This document shows positions 9,759 to 20,731 of a stretch of DNA of 64,000 bases, in pieces. Location: NCBI GenBank assembly GCA_038206135.1, contig JBBRBD010000001.1, forward strand, positions 65,919 through 129,918. The letters run 5' to 3'. The stretch comes from Patescibacteria group bacterium (GTDB lineage: Bacteria; Patescibacteriota; Microgenomatia; UBA8517). The translations under genes and the position numbers were made by a program. Under the pieces are notes generated by a model, which saw nothing but the letters and a program-made list of their open reading frames with translations, ran no database searches and had not been told where the DNA came from. Position 1 is the first letter of the stretch; every line of letters starts with the position of its first letter.

Positions 9759-11184
9759 AATCTTCATAGCAGGCCTTTTTTTACGTCTTATACGTATAAA
9801 TCAAGGTTTCTGGCTTGATGAGGCAATCGGTGCAATTGCATCGCACAACTATTCATATAAAGAAATAATTACAGTCTTCTTAACACACGATAATCATCCT
9901 CCACTATATTATTTTTTACTTAAAGCATGGGGAAATGTTTTTGGATTTGGAGATATCTCCCTTCGAATTCCCAATGTGATTATCGGATCTCTATGTATTT
10001 TTTTAGTTTACAAGCTAATAAAAAAACAAGTTCCTAAACTTGCAATTGTAGTATCAATTTTTGTAGCTACTTCGCCATTTCTTATCTACTATTCACAAGA
10101 AGTACGCATGTATATGCTTACTGTCTTCTTTTCATTAGTTGCAATATATTCATTTTTTGAAACACTTAACCCAAAATATCTCAAAAGATATTGGCTTATT
10201 TTTTCGGTCTCAATCGCAGGCTTAATGTTTACTGACTATGTTCCAGTGTTTTTGTTACCAGTATTCCCACTATTTGCCATATTTATAAAGAAACGCGATT
10301 ATTCCTGGTGGAAATACTTCTCGTTTTCGTTTCTTTTACTTATAATTCTTGGAATACTTTGGATACCAACGCTACTTATTCAAATACATGGTGGAAGCAC
10401 TGTATTAAGCGTACTACCATCGTGGAGTTCAGTAGCGGGTGGTGCAACTCTAAAACAAGCATTACTTGTATGGACGAAGTTTCTTCTTGGTCGAATTTCG
10501 ATTCAGCCGCAAAAATTATATGTATTATTGTTAGCCCTGTTTTCTGCTACTGCAATTACCGGAATGTGTCTTTCTTTCAAAAGTAATAAAGTACCATTTA
10601 TAAAATTTGTATGGTTATGGTTATTAGTACCACTTATACTTTGCTTTATTGTTTCATTTATTTTCCCTGCATTTATATACTTCAGGTTCACTTTTGTGAC
10701 TCCTGCATTTTTAATTCTTATTGCAGATGGACTTTTTAAAATTAACAGCCGGAATTTAAAATGGTTGCTAGTTTCAACAATGTTGCTTGGAAATACGATT
10801 GGATGTTTTGTTTATTTTACTCAGGTCACTCAACAACGGGAACAGTGGAGAGAGGCCGTGTCATTCGTAGAAAGTAATGCATCAAGCGGCTCTGTCTCAC
10901 TTTTTGAATTTCCAGATGCATTTGCACCATATCATTGGTATGAGCGAGGTGTTTTACCAGGGATTGGAGCATTAAGTAGCATTCATGTTCAACCAGGTGA
11001 CGATGAAAAATTAATAAAGAAACTATTAAATGTGAAAACTGTATATTATTTTAATTATTTGCAAGATTTGACCGATCCTGAAAACCTTGTAATAAAAACA
11101 CTTACATCTGATGGGTTTAAAATTAAAAAGCAGATAGGTGATTATCAGGGCGTTGGAATAATAACAATATGGCAAAAGAAATAG
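9751..11184 (+). CDS. GT-C membrane glycosyltransferase, ArnT/PMT (GT39/GT83)-like
   Basis: Twelve-plus TM helices; the first extracytoplasmic loop carries the DE motif (GFWLDEAIGA) typical of PMT/ArnT enzymes that use polyprenyl-phosphate-sugar donors. Confidence 0.6.
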   Translation: MIEIFIAGLFLRLIRINQGFWLDEAIGAIASHNYSYKEIITVFLTHDNHPPLYYFLLKAWGNVFGFGDISLRIPNVIIGSLCIFLVYKLIKKQVPKLAIVVSIFVATSPFLIYYSQEVRMYMLTVFFSLVAIYSFFETLNPKYLKRYWLIFSVSIAGLMFTDYVPVFLLPVFPLFAIFIKKRDYSWWKYFSFSFLLLIILGILWIPTLLIQIHGGSTVLSVLPSWSSVAGGATLKQALLVWTKFLLGRISIQPQKLYVLLLALFSATAITGMCLSFKSNKVPFIKFVWLWLLVPLILCFIVSFIFPAFIYFRFTFVTPAFLILIADGLFKINSRNLKWLLVSTMLLGNTIGCFVYFTQVTQQREQWREAVSFVESNASSGSVSLFEFPDAFAPYHWYERGVLPGIGALSSIHVQPGDDEKLIKKLLNVKTVYYFNYLQDLTDPENLVIKTLTSDGFKIKKQIGDYQGVGIITIWQKK

Positions 11185-12557
11185 TTAAAGATCGAATAGT
11201 ATTAATTCTTTGGGGTTCTATTGTTATGTTACACATCCTTCTGATACTTAACATTACTTTCTTTCCATATCCTGAATTATTTATTTACCCATATTTAACT
11301 AAAATTGGGCTTGTCCCTTACAAACAAATCTTTGACCAGCATTTCCCTGGTCTGATGTTTTTCCCCATTAATTTTGCAACACTTGGAATAACCTCACCTC
11401 AGAGTTTTCGCATAGTTCAACTAGTTCTCGTTATTTTGAGCCAGATTGCTTTATACAGAGTTACATTGAAGTTACTAAAAAAAGGCTCAGTGTCAATATT
11501 TGTCGCAATTTTATATATGGTTTGGCAAATGTATTTTGATGGTGGTACTTTGTGGATTGAATCGATGCTGGTACCACTTTTAATATTCTCGTTTTATTAC
11601 CTGGATGACGCTATTAAGACAAATCGACTGAAGAGTTATTTTATATCAGGAGTTTTAATAGGTTTAGCACTAATTACAAAGCAAATTGTAATACCACTGT
11701 CTTTGATTTTAGGAATATATCTGCTGATTTGTAAAAGACAGCACGAGACGAAAATTGGATACTGGTTTTTTGGTGCAGCAATTCCAGTCTTTGTTCTTCT
11801 CTGTTTTGTACTATCTCGCGGTATAGAAAAACCGTTTATTTATTGGGCTGGTACTTTCAACATCACGGCATATCACGAAATGGGAAGAAAATTCGCCAGC
11901 GGAAAAGAAATCGTAAGTACTCTATTTCTTGCAGGACCAGCAATTGTCGCAATATTTATGCTCTACCTGCGAAAAAAGAATCGAAGTAGTATTTTCCTTT
12001 TGAGTACTTTCTTTTTTACCGGTTTTTTGTACGCGTATGCTCGGTTTGATTATATTCATTTGCAACCGGTTGTCCCGTTTGCTGTTATTCTCGTTGTTTG
12101 GGGTTTTTGTAATACAAAAAAAACACGTTTATTAGGGATTCTGTTTCTGGTTTTTAGTATTGTAGTAGGAATACGATTCGTAGACCGTAACTACGGGCAT
12201 TCTGTAAAATTCTTTGAGCCTGCGGATTACGAAATAGCAACAGAAGTACAAAAATATGCAAAAACCCACGAGTCAGTTTTTGCATTTGGAACTTATCCTT
12301 ATATATATGCGCTCACCGACACGCATCCTGCAGGAAATGTCTTTGTCTTTCAATTCCCCTGGTTTATGAAAGTTACAGAAGAATCTATACTCAATGGACT
12401 TGTAGTAGATCCACCAGTCGTGGTTGTTCGAGATATTACTGCAATGATCGATAGTTATAACTTAATTGCATATATGCCTAAAATTAACACATACATAAAT
12501 CGTTATTATAAAACTGTTGAGATAGTTGGGAATACAGAAATTATGGTAAAACAATGA
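11169..12557 (+). CDS. Polytopic membrane protein, putative GT-C-like glycosyltransferase
   Basis: More than ten TM helices with a soluble C-terminal domain; sits within the coupled GT operon. Confidence 0.4.
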   Translation: MAKEIVKDRIVLILWGSIVMLHILLILNITFFPYPELFIYPYLTKIGLVPYKQIFDQHFPGLMFFPINFATLGITSPQSFRIVQLVLVILSQIALYRVTLKLLKKGSVSIFVAILYMVWQMYFDGGTLWIESMLVPLLIFSFYYLDDAIKTNRLKSYFISGVLIGLALITKQIVIPLSLILGIYLLICKRQHETKIGYWFFGAAIPVFVLLCFVLSRGIEKPFIYWAGTFNITAYHEMGRKFASGKEIVSTLFLAGPAIVAIFMLYLRKKNRSSIFLLSTFFFTGFLYAYARFDYIHLQPVVPFAVILVVWGFCNTKKTRLLGILFLVFSIVVGIRFVDRNYGHSVKFFEPADYEIATEVQKYAKTHESVFAFGTYPYIYALTDTHPAGNVFVFQFPWFMKVTEESILNGLVVDPPVVVVRDITAMIDSYNLIAYMPKINTYINRYYKTVEIVGNTEIMVKQ

Positions 12558-13624
12558 AAATTGCAATTGACATATCCCAAGTTGTATATGGAACAGGTGT
12601 CTCTGTGTATACCAAAGAATTAGTTCGCTCATTATTGAAGGTGTCACCTGAACACAATTACATATTGTATGCTGGAGTTTTGAGGAGGAGAAGTGATATA
12701 GATAAGTATCTAGACTCGTTGAGCGGCAACTTCCGTTCGGTTATTTTACCTATACCTCCAAAGGCTGCTGATGTCTTGTGGAATAGCGTCAGGGCATTTC
12801 CAATAGAAACATTCATTGGACCATTTGATGTACTACATACTTCTGACTGGACTGAGCCTCGCAGCCGAGCACCTAAAATAACTACAATCCACGATCTTTC
12901 TCCAATCCTTTACCCAGAAGTTACAAATAGGCAAATAAGACAAGTATTTGAAAAGAAAATAAAGTTAGTTAAAAAAGATAATGATACTGTGATTGTGCCT
13001 AGTCTAATCATAGAAGACGAAGTTTTAAAGTTAAATATTTCTAAAAAACAAGTGTTTGTTATTCCAGAAGCGCCAAATCCAGAACTTCTGAATGCTCCCG
13101 TGATAGATATCAAAAGCCGTTTTAACATTGAGAATAAGTTCATTTTGATGGTTGGAACAGCACCTCGTAAGAATGTGGAGCGGTCAATTGAAGCCTTTCA
13201 TTCAGCCAAGTTAGAACAGACACAGCTAGTTATTGTAGGAGATCGTAGTGGGCGGGTTCAAATGAGCTCAGACGTTATATATACTGGCTTTGTTACTACA
13301 GAAGAACTTGCAAATTTATATAAAAACGCTGAAGTCTTTTTGTATACGTCGTTGTATGAGGGATTTGGTATACCACTACTTGAAGCGTATGAGCTTGGTT
13401 GCCCAGTTGTAACGAGTAATATTGGAAGTATGAAAGAACTCGGTTCTGCTGCAATACTCGTAAACCCAATGGAGCAAGAGTCTATTATGAAAGGAATAAG
13501 AGATGCAATCTTACAACACACTATTCTTGTGAAGAAGGGAAAAGAGTTTGTGCGAAAGTATTCTTGGGACGAAACAGCAAGAAAAACACTTGAAGTGTAT
13601 AAAAAAGCTTATGAAGAAAGATAA
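12554..13624 (+). CDS. GT4 glycosyltransferase
   Basis: YEGFGIPLLEAYELGCPVVTSNIGSM. Confidence 0.7.
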   Translation: MKIAIDISQVVYGTGVSVYTKELVRSLLKVSPEHNYILYAGVLRRRSDIDKYLDSLSGNFRSVILPIPPKAADVLWNSVRAFPIETFIGPFDVLHTSDWTEPRSRAPKITTIHDLSPILYPEVTNRQIRQVFEKKIKLVKKDNDTVIVPSLIIEDEVLKLNISKKQVFVIPEAPNPELLNAPVIDIKSRFNIENKFILMVGTAPRKNVERSIEAFHSAKLEQTQLVIVGDRSGRVQMSSDVIYTGFVTTEELANLYKNAEVFLYTSLYEGFGIPLLEAYELGCPVVTSNIGSMKELGSAAILVNPMEQESIMKGIRDAILQHTILVKKGKEFVRKYSWDETARKTLEVYKKAYEER

Positions 13625-14753
13625 ACCCATAATTGGTATAGACGGAAATGAAGCAAATGTTTTGAATCGTGTTGGCGTCAACAATTATGCTTACGAAGTT
13701 CTAAACAACATACAGAAACTAGAGGACCAGTGGAATGAACATTTTCAGATATTGGTATATCTAAAAGCCAGCCCACTTCCACATATGCCTCGAGAATCGA
13801 AAGACTTCAAATACCGGATACTTCCGGGAGCAGGTCAGTGGATTTTAAAAACTTTAATGCCACACCTCTACTTATCAAAGTTAAAGCCGACAATTTTTTG
13901 GAGTCCGAGTCATTATGTTCCACCATTTGCTCCTATGCCTCGAGTCTGTTCAATTATGGATCTTGGTTACTTGGAGTTTTCCGAACAATTTAAAAAATAT
14001 GATTTCTGGCAGTTGAAGTTATGGACTGCTTGGTCGATGTTAATATCACAAAAGGTGATTGCGATTTCGGAAACTACTCGGAAAGATATTATAAAAAGAT
14101 ATTCTTTCGCTCGTGGAAAAACGGTGACCACTCTTCTTGGATACGATACAACAATTTATCCTCCAAAACCTTCATCCATTCAGATAAAAGAAATATTACA
14201 GAAATATTCTATAGGGCGCAATTATTTGCTTTTTATGAGTACCCTAAAGCCTAGCAAGAATATTGAAGGCTTACTTAAAGCATGGGCTCTGGTGGAGAAA
14301 AAGTACCCAGATACACAGCTTGTAGTTGCTGGGAAGAAAGGTTGGCTTTTTGAAAGCATTTTCGCAGTTGTGAAAAAATATAAATTAGAAAGCCGCGTAA
14401 TTTTTACAGACTTTGTTGCAGAAGAGGACAAGCCAATTTTGATTTCACAGGCAAAGGCATTTGTACTTCCATCCTTTTGGGAAGGTTTTGGACTAGATGT
14501 TGTCTCAAGCATGGCTTGTGGAATTCCTACGATCGTCTCTGACCGGGGGAGTTTGCCTGAGGTAGTTGGAAATGTTGGATTTGTAGTTAATCCTGAAGAT
14601 GTGAAAGCAATTGGAGATGCAATGTCAGAGGTGTTGTCTGCTTCAACAACTAAATACAAGGCATTGTCTGATGCAGCGAAAGAAAGGTCAACTAATTTTA
14701 GCTGGAAAAAAACAGCTAAGGAAACAATAGAAGTTCTGCGCAGTCTGCTGTAA
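13611..14753 (+). CDS. GT4 glycosyltransferase
   Basis: FWEGFGLDVVSSMACGIPTIVSDRGSLPEVVG. The start is placed at the first ATG (13611); the track ORF begins at an upstream TTG (13548) inside the previous gene. Confidence 0.7.
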   Translation: MKKDKPIIGIDGNEANVLNRVGVNNYAYEVLNNIQKLEDQWNEHFQILVYLKASPLPHMPRESKDFKYRILPGAGQWILKTLMPHLYLSKLKPTIFWSPSHYVPPFAPMPRVCSIMDLGYLEFSEQFKKYDFWQLKLWTAWSMLISQKVIAISETTRKDIIKRYSFARGKTVTTLLGYDTTIYPPKPSSIQIKEILQKYSIGRNYLLFMSTLKPSKNIEGLLKAWALVEKKYPDTQLVVAGKKGWLFESIFAVVKKYKLESRVIFTDFVAEEDKPILISQAKAFVLPSFWEGFGLDVVSSMACGIPTIVSDRGSLPEVVGNVGFVVNPEDVKAIGDAMSEVLSASTTKYKALSDAAKERSTNFSWKKTAKETIEVLRSLL

Positions 14754-14771
14754 TTTGCTACAATTGCCGTA

Positions 14772-15413
14772 ATGAGCATTCTTGAAAATGTAAAGGTTAG
14801 TTCTTCAGGCGTTTCTTTTGTAGATAAGAATGGAAAAATATTAAATACGAGCGTAGCAACACGAAAGATTACAAATCGTTTTTTTAATTATTACCTGGAT
14901 TTTAAACTATTTCTTATTCACTGTGTGAGTTTACATATTCCGTTTTGGTCTATTCGAAAAATTTTCTTTACATTGGCTGGAGTGAACCTTGGAGCTGGAA
15001 CTACCATTCATATGGGGGCGAAGTTTTTTGAACCTTCTGGGGTAACGATCGGTGAAGATACCATTATTGGAGATCGCGTTTTTTTGGATGGACGAGAAAA
15101 ATTGAATATTGGCTCTCATGTAGACTTCGCTTCAGAAGTAATGGTTTACAACTCAGAACACGATATCGCGTCTGCTGACTTTCATGCCATCAATGCACCT
15201 GTCACAATCGGGAATTATGTCTTTATTGGCCCTCGTGCAATTATTCTGCCTGGAGTGACAATTGGAGAAGGAGCAATCGTTGCCGCTGGTGCAGTTGTAA
15301 CAAAAAATGTTCCAGCCTATGCTTTCGTCGGCGGCGTGCCTGCAAAAATTATTGGGGAACGATCAATAAAGAAGCTCAATTATAAACTTGGTCGTGCACG
15401 ATTATTCCAATGA
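14772..15413 (+). CDS. Hexapeptide-repeat (left-handed beta-helix) sugar O-acetyltransferase, WbbJ/WcaF-like
   Basis: Repeats of the form [51 protein letters not shown]. Confidence 0.7.
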   Translation: MSILENVKVSSSGVSFVDKNGKILNTSVATRKITNRFFNYYLDFKLFLIHCVSLHIPFWSIRKIFFTLAGVNLGAGTTIHMGAKFFEPSGVTIGEDTIIGDRVFLDGREKLNIGSHVDFASEVMVYNSEHDIASADFHAINAPVTIGNYVFIGPRAIILPGVTIGEGAIVAAGAVVTKNVPAYAFVGGVPAKIIGERSIKKLNYKLGRARLFQ

Positions 15414-15937
15414 AAAAAACTACTCTTATTGCTATTGCTGTTTTAGTACCGCTTTTGGCGCTCTATTATAGATATCTCACGATTCCAAGTTATCCTTTCC
15501 CTGCTCCACCACCAGGTGCTGTTCAGTCAAATGAACCTGCGGATGTAGAAACTCCATTTAGAAGGGCCTATTTCACTCAATATACACGCGATCAAGTGAT
15601 TGCTCACTATGCATCACAAATTAAGTACTTACCATATGTTGAGCTTAATTATCCGCCTGAGGAGGCTGGAACTATTATTCGCGATCAAACACGCAGCTGG
15701 TACTTAGAAGAACTTGCACACCCAATGAGAGATTCTCTGTATATAAACGGTTTTATACCGCAGAAACCTCAGGATAATATTGTTTTAAATGGTGTAACTT
15801 ATGCTGAAAAAATTACTATTAAATACGTACCGAGCAATTTGTTAGTGCGTCTAGTTATTGGAACATTAATTCTCGGATTTATTTATTTACTTCTCATAGA
15901 ATGGAAAAAAGCCCTCTCGTCTCTATTATCATCGTAA
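15410..15937 (+). CDS. Hypothetical membrane-anchored protein (TM at both ends)
   Basis: ORF coupled to its neighbours; N-terminal and C-terminal hydrophobic helices. Confidence 0.35.
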   Translation: MKKTTLIAIAVLVPLLALYYRYLTIPSYPFPAPPPGAVQSNEPADVETPFRRAYFTQYTRDQVIAHYASQIKYLPYVELNYPPEEAGTIIRDQTRSWYLEELAHPMRDSLYINGFIPQKPQDNIVLNGVTYAEKITIKYVPSNLLVRLVIGTLILGFIYLLLIEWKKALSSLLSS

Positions 15938-16791
15938 GTTACAACACTCAAAAGCTTCTTGAAGACTGCATTCGATCAGTCGAAAGGCAAGTAAAATCTT
16001 CGTACGAGATACTTGTTGTTGATAATAATTCTCTCGATGAGAGTGTGAAAATGCTTAAGCTGAAATTTGAGAATGTGCTGCTCATTGAGAATAAAAAAAA
16101 TGTAGGATTTGCAGCTGCAAACAATCAAGCAATAAAAATAGCGAATGGAGAGTATATCTTACTATTAAATTCCGACACATATTTAGAAAGCGACTCAATA
16201 ACTCCTTCTATTTCGAAACTCCAAAAAAATCCAAATATTGGCGTTTTGAGTTGTAAATTAAAAAACAAAGATGGCTCGTTACAGCCGACAGGTGGGTATT
16301 TTCCTACACCTGCACGTTTGTTCTTATGGATGAGTTTTTTTGATGATGTTCCTGGTGTTAGCTTGTTTATTAAATCATTTCACCCTCGTGAAAATTATTA
16401 CAGAGAAGATCGTTCGCTCGATTGGGTAACTGGTGCGTTTTTTCTCTTTCCTAAATCAATTACCAAAGTAGTTGGTTTATTAGATGAAGACTATTTTATG
16501 TATACAGAAGAAATGGATTTTTGTTATAAAGTGAAAAAATCGGGTATGCAAGTTCAATATATTCATACGCCGTCAATTGTTCATCTTGGTCGTGCAAGTA
16601 GTACCAATGAATTTGCAATTGTTTCAGAAATATCTCACATACAGCTTTTTTATCAAAAGCATTTTCCAAACTGGACATTGTATTCAACCCTTGTGCTGAA
16701 AGCTGGATGCTTATTACGAGCATTTGTTTACGCTATACTTGGCAAGGTAACTCAAAAAAAATTATATGAAAAAGCTTTTGCATCTATTTGA
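15901..16791 (+). CDS. GT2 glycosyltransferase
   Basis: [32 protein letters not shown]. Confidence 0.7.
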   Translation: MEKSPLVSIIIVSYNTQKLLEDCIRSVERQVKSSYEILVVDNNSLDESVKMLKLKFENVLLIENKKNVGFAAANNQAIKIANGEYILLLNSDTYLESDSITPSISKLQKNPNIGVLSCKLKNKDGSLQPTGGYFPTPARLFLWMSFFDDVPGVSLFIKSFHPRENYYREDRSLDWVTGAFFLFPKSITKVVGLLDEDYFMYTEEMDFCYKVKKSGMQVQYIHTPSIVHLGRASSTNEFAIVSEISHIQLFYQKHFPNWTLYSTLVLKAGCLLRAFVYAILGKVTQKKLYEKAFASI

Positions 16792-18100
16792 AAATATCTG
16801 GGATAGAAGCGGTGCTTATTTAATTGCAACGCTGATATTAACTATTCCGTTGTATCCCAAATTCCCTTTCCTAGAAGTACCTGGAATTTATGTGTCTATT
16901 CGACTTGAGGATTTCGTAATTTTGGTTGTTTGTCTCATCTGGTTTCTAGCTCACATTCAAGTTTTCCCCAAACTAATCAAAAGCAATTTCTGGCGTGCAT
17001 TTATTCTCTTTTGGGCAATTACTCTTTTGTCCACTGTAAGTGGAATAGTGCTCACTCATACCGTTGTTCCAGTAGTCGGACTTTTGAATTGGGGAAGAAG
17101 AGTTGAATATATGATTATTTTCTTGCTTTGCTTAGACCTTAAAGTTACAAAAAAAGAATTAAAATTCTTTCTGCTCACCATTTGTATCGTAATTTTATAC
17201 GCATTTGTATATGGTCTTGGTCAGAAATATTTTAACTGGCCTATTATCACAACCCAAAATGGAGAGTACTCGAAAGGGATTGCACTTTCATATATGCCGG
17301 GTGGGCATATTGTTTCAACTTTTGCAGGGCACTATGATTTGGCATCATACTTGATCTTGGTTACACCTATAATTGTGGTGTTTGCTTCACACTCAAATGT
17401 TTTTGAAAAAACAAAAAAAAGAATGAATTTTGTTTTGTTTACTATTATGTCGTCACTTGCCGGAGTTTGGCTCTTAGCAAATGCCGCCTCACGAATTTCT
17501 ATTATTTCTTATTTTGGGGCTATTTCATTAGCGCTTATTTTAGTCAAGCGTAAATATCTTATTCCACTAGTAGCCTTAATTGTATTTATAGTAGCTATTT
17601 CATCAACGAGTTTAATTGGTCGTTATATGAGTATCTTTGATGTACTTATTAAAAAAGCATCTGCAGCTGAGTTAGTTGTTTCAACACCAGAACCGACACA
17701 GCCACCACCATTAGAAGATCGTTCTACAAATATTAGACTCGAGGTCGAATGGCCGCGAGCAGTACGGGCACTTAAGAAGAATCCTCTTTTAGGTACCGGA
17801 TATTCTTCCATTACATTAGCAACAGACGATGAGTATCTTCGCAGCTTGGGTGAGGTAGGAATTGTCGGTACTGGAGCATTTGCATTGTGTTTCTTCTTAG
17901 TGTTCATTGAGCTCGGAAAACAATTTATAAAGCAGAAAGAATTTAATACCCAAAAGCTAATGCTTGCGGCCGCCATTGGAATGATACCTGGAGTATTCCT
18001 AAATATGGTTTTTATTGATATCTTAGAAGCATCTAAGTTTGCCATTATGTTTTGGCTTATTCTTGGAATTACAATTGCACATGCGCGAACAACTGAATGA
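16766..18100 (+). CDS. O-antigen ligase/polymerase family (Wzy_C-like) membrane protein
   Basis: About ten TM helices. A periplasmic loop (EVEWPRAVRALKKNPLLGTGYSS...DDEYLRSLGEVGIVGTGAF) resembles the WaaL/Wzy conserved loop (H/N-x2-L-x3-E-x-G-i-x-G). Confidence 0.5.
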   Translation: MKKLLHLFENIWDRSGAYLIATLILTIPLYPKFPFLEVPGIYVSIRLEDFVILVVCLIWFLAHIQVFPKLIKSNFWRAFILFWAITLLSTVSGIVLTHTVVPVVGLLNWGRRVEYMIIFLLCLDLKVTKKELKFFLLTICIVILYAFVYGLGQKYFNWPIITTQNGEYSKGIALSYMPGGHIVSTFAGHYDLASYLILVTPIIVVFASHSNVFEKTKKRMNFVLFTIMSSLAGVWLLANAASRISIISYFGAISLALILVKRKYLIPLVALIVFIVAISSTSLIGRYMSIFDVLIKKASAAELVVSTPEPTQPPPLEDRSTNIRLEVEWPRAVRALKKNPLLGTGYSSITLATDDEYLRSLGEVGIVGTGAFALCFFLVFIELGKQFIKQKEFNTQKLMLAAAIGMIPGVFLNMVFIDILEASKFAIMFWLILGITIAHARTTE

Positions 18101-19535
18101 TCGTTTCCCACCATCTCTTGTATATTTGATTTTAATCTCAATCCTTTTGGGCGCTTTTTTTGTGCGACTTTACAAAATTCAAAACCCAATTGCAGATTGG
18201 CATTCATGGCGCCAAGCAGACACTGCCTCTGTGAGCTATTTGTATGTGAGAGATGGTATTGAACTTCTACGCCCGAGATACTTTGATATTTCAGTTATCC
18301 AAACAAGTTACTTTAATCCCAATGGTTATCGATATGTTGAGTTTCCGTTTTTCAATGTGGTACATGCACTCGGCTTTAAGTATATTGGTCATTTCAATTT
18401 TGATGAGTGGGGGAGGCTTGTTTCGGTTTTAAGTGCTGTCACAACAACAGCAGCTTTGTATTTTCTTGGAAAAAAAGTGATCGGAACATTTGGTGGGCTG
18501 ATTTCTGCTTTCGTATATGCTTTTCTACCATATAACATATACTTTACCCGAGTAGTGTTGCCTGAACCGATGGGGGTTATGTTTGCGACTATTGGTCTTC
18601 TATTTGGAGTGTATTACTTCGATAAATATAAAAAGAGATATCTAATTTTAACAAGTATATTCTTCGCTTGTGCAATTCTGATGAAACCTTTTTTTGCATT
18701 TTATGCGCTTCCACTCGTTTATTTCGCTTGGAAAAAATATGGACTTGTTGGAATATTGAAGCAAAAAGCACTACTCATTTCATTTGATGCAGTGCTTATA
18801 CCATTTTTCATGTGGCGCGGATGGATGAACTACGGAGATCGATTTACCGGCATTCCATTTTTTGCTTGGCTTTTGAATGGTGATGGTATACGATTCCGTC
18901 CTTCTTTCTGGAATTGGATATTTGCTGAAAGAATTGCAAAAATGATCATGGGTATGTGGGGAGTAGTGCCTTTGAGTATTGGCTTTTTACACTCTGCAAA
19001 AAAATATCCAGTCGTATTTCTATCTGCAATTGGAATGCTTTGTTATTTGTGTTTGGTAGCAACTGCAAATGTGCGGCACGATTATTATCAAACAATGATT
19101 ATTCCTGCACTCGCATTATGTGTTGCATTAGGCGTTGTTTGGCTTTGGTCGGACTCTCCGTTTCACAAACTTCCGACTCGTATATTTGTAGTCTTTTCTC
19201 TCTGTATGATGCTACTTGTCGGGTGGTATCAAATGCGTGATGATTACCAGATAAATCGGGCCTCAATAGTCACCGCGGGAGATGCAGTTCAAAAGCTTAC
19301 ACCAGTAAATGCAAGAGTAATTGCTCCATACAACGGTGATACTGCATTTCTATATCAAACGAAACGATTTGGTTGGCCAGTGGTGGACAGAAGTATCGAT
19401 GAGTTGATAGCACAAGGCGCTGACTATTATGTTTCTGTAAACTATGACAGCGACACAAATAACCTTATGCATATGTTTAAAACTGTTGAGAAAACCGACC
19501 AATATATAATTCTTGATCTCCACCAAAAGATATGA
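18081..19535 (+). CDS. Polytopic GT-C-like membrane glycosyltransferase
   Basis: More than ten TM helices; loop-1 motif HSWRQADTASV. Start set at ATG 18081, overlapping the previous gene by 20 nt. Confidence 0.45.
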   Translation: MREQLNDRFPPSLVYLILISILLGAFFVRLYKIQNPIADWHSWRQADTASVSYLYVRDGIELLRPRYFDISVIQTSYFNPNGYRYVEFPFFNVVHALGFKYIGHFNFDEWGRLVSVLSAVTTTAALYFLGKKVIGTFGGLISAFVYAFLPYNIYFTRVVLPEPMGVMFATIGLLFGVYYFDKYKKRYLILTSIFFACAILMKPFFAFYALPLVYFAWKKYGLVGILKQKALLISFDAVLIPFFMWRGWMNYGDRFTGIPFFAWLLNGDGIRFRPSFWNWIFAERIAKMIMGMWGVVPLSIGFLHSAKKYPVVFLSAIGMLCYLCLVATANVRHDYYQTMIIPALALCVALGVVWLWSDSPFHKLPTRIFVVFSLCMMLLVGWYQMRDDYQINRASIVTAGDAVQKLTPVNARVIAPYNGDTAFLYQTKRFGWPVVDRSIDELIAQGADYYVSVNYDSDTNNLMHMFKTVEKTDQYIILDLHQKI

Positions 19536-20731
19536 AGATTTTAATGCTTGTTCCGTTTTTACCAAACACATCAATGTCTGGGGGGCAGACACGTTGGTAC
19601 AACATAATTAAGGGTCTCTCAAAAGAACATGAAATTACACTGTTTTCTTTAATTAAGGATGAAAGCGAAAAGAAGTTTATCCCTGAGCTTCAAAAGTATT
19701 GTAAAAAAGTGCGCGTTTTTAATCGGCCGAAGTCACCATGGACACTTAGAAACATACTTTTAACAGCATTTAGTTATTATCCACTTTTGGTAATTCGTAA
19801 TTTTTCACTTGCCGAGCGCAGAGCTGTTGTCTCAGAACTTAAAAATGAAAAATATGATCTGATTCATGCGGAAACTTTCTATGTTATGCCTCATGTTCCT
19901 CAAAACATACAAGTACCATCTGTTCTTGTTGAACAGACTATTGAATATATGGTCTACAAACATTATGTAGATCATGAAGTGCCATTTCTTTTAAAGCCAA
20001 TTTATTTACTTGATATTTTAAAATTGAGATATTGGGAGCTGTATTTCTGGAAAAAGGCAAGCCGTTTAGTAGCTGTTTCAGAGGATGACAAAGCAGTCAT
20101 GAGGAAGTTGATTCCAAATATTAAAGTAGATGTAATTCCGAACGGAGTCGATTCAGAACATTTTGAAAAATATCCAGGGAAAGCAAAAAAACCTGCACGT
20201 GTTTTGTATGGTGCAGCTAACTTCAACTGGCTACAAAACGTAGAGGCTGTAAATATTTTGCTTGATGATGTGTGGCCCTATATAGCTAAAAATACAAGTA
20301 ACGCTTATTTGTGGATCGTAGGGAGAAATATTCCTGATAGTATTTACAAAAAGGCAAAAAATCTTCCTCGTGTTGAATTCACTGAATCTATTCCAGATGT
20401 TCGTGCAGCACTTAAAACTGCTTCAATAATGGTAGTTCCAGTCGAAGGTCCAGGGGGAACTCGTCTAAAAGTACTCGAGGCGATGGCATCAGGGTTGCCA
20501 GTCGTGTCAACAGAAACGGGTGTTGCAGGTCTTGGAGTTGAAGCTGGAAAACATGCTCTTGTAAGTCGAACAAGTATTAATATGGCAAAACAAGTTGTAT
20601 TGCTCCTTAAAAGACCAGTAAAGGCTCGCACAATTGGAAATGCAGGGAAAAAATTTGTAGAAAAATATTTCGATTGGTCTGTAATAGTTGGTATTCATAA
20701 CAGAATTTATAAAGAATTAGTACATGTCTAA
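19532..20731 (+). CDS. GT4 glycosyltransferase
   Basis: GPGGTRLKVLEAMASGLPVVSTETG. Confidence 0.65.
   Translation: MKILMLVPFLPNTSMSGGQTRWYNIIKGLSKEHEITLFSLIKDESEKKFIPELQKYCKKVRVFNRPKSPWTLRNILLTAFSYYPLLVIRNFSLAERRAVVSELKNEKYDLIHAETFYVMPHVPQNIQVPSVLVEQTIEYMVYKHYVDHEVPFLLKPIYLLDILKLRYWELYFWKKASRLVAVSEDDKAVMRKLIPNIKVDVIPNGVDSEHFEKYPGKAKKPARVLYGAANFNWLQNVEAVNILLDDVWPYIAKNTSNAYLWIVGRNIPDSIYKKAKNLPRVEFTESIPDVRAALKTASIMVVPVEGPGGTRLKVLEAMASGLPVVSTETGVAGLGVEAGKHALVSRTSINMAKQVVLLLKRPVKARTIGNAGKKFVEKYFDWSVIVGIHNRIYKELVHV

Noticed and set aside
13548-13610. Upstream TTG/GTG starts chosen by the ORF track for several genes (13548, 18039, 22650, 28842, 44743, 54563)
   Set aside because: The longest-ORF rule extends into the preceding gene. 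First-ATG starts give 4-20-nt overlaps consistent with the rest of the operon and with conserved N-terminal motifs.
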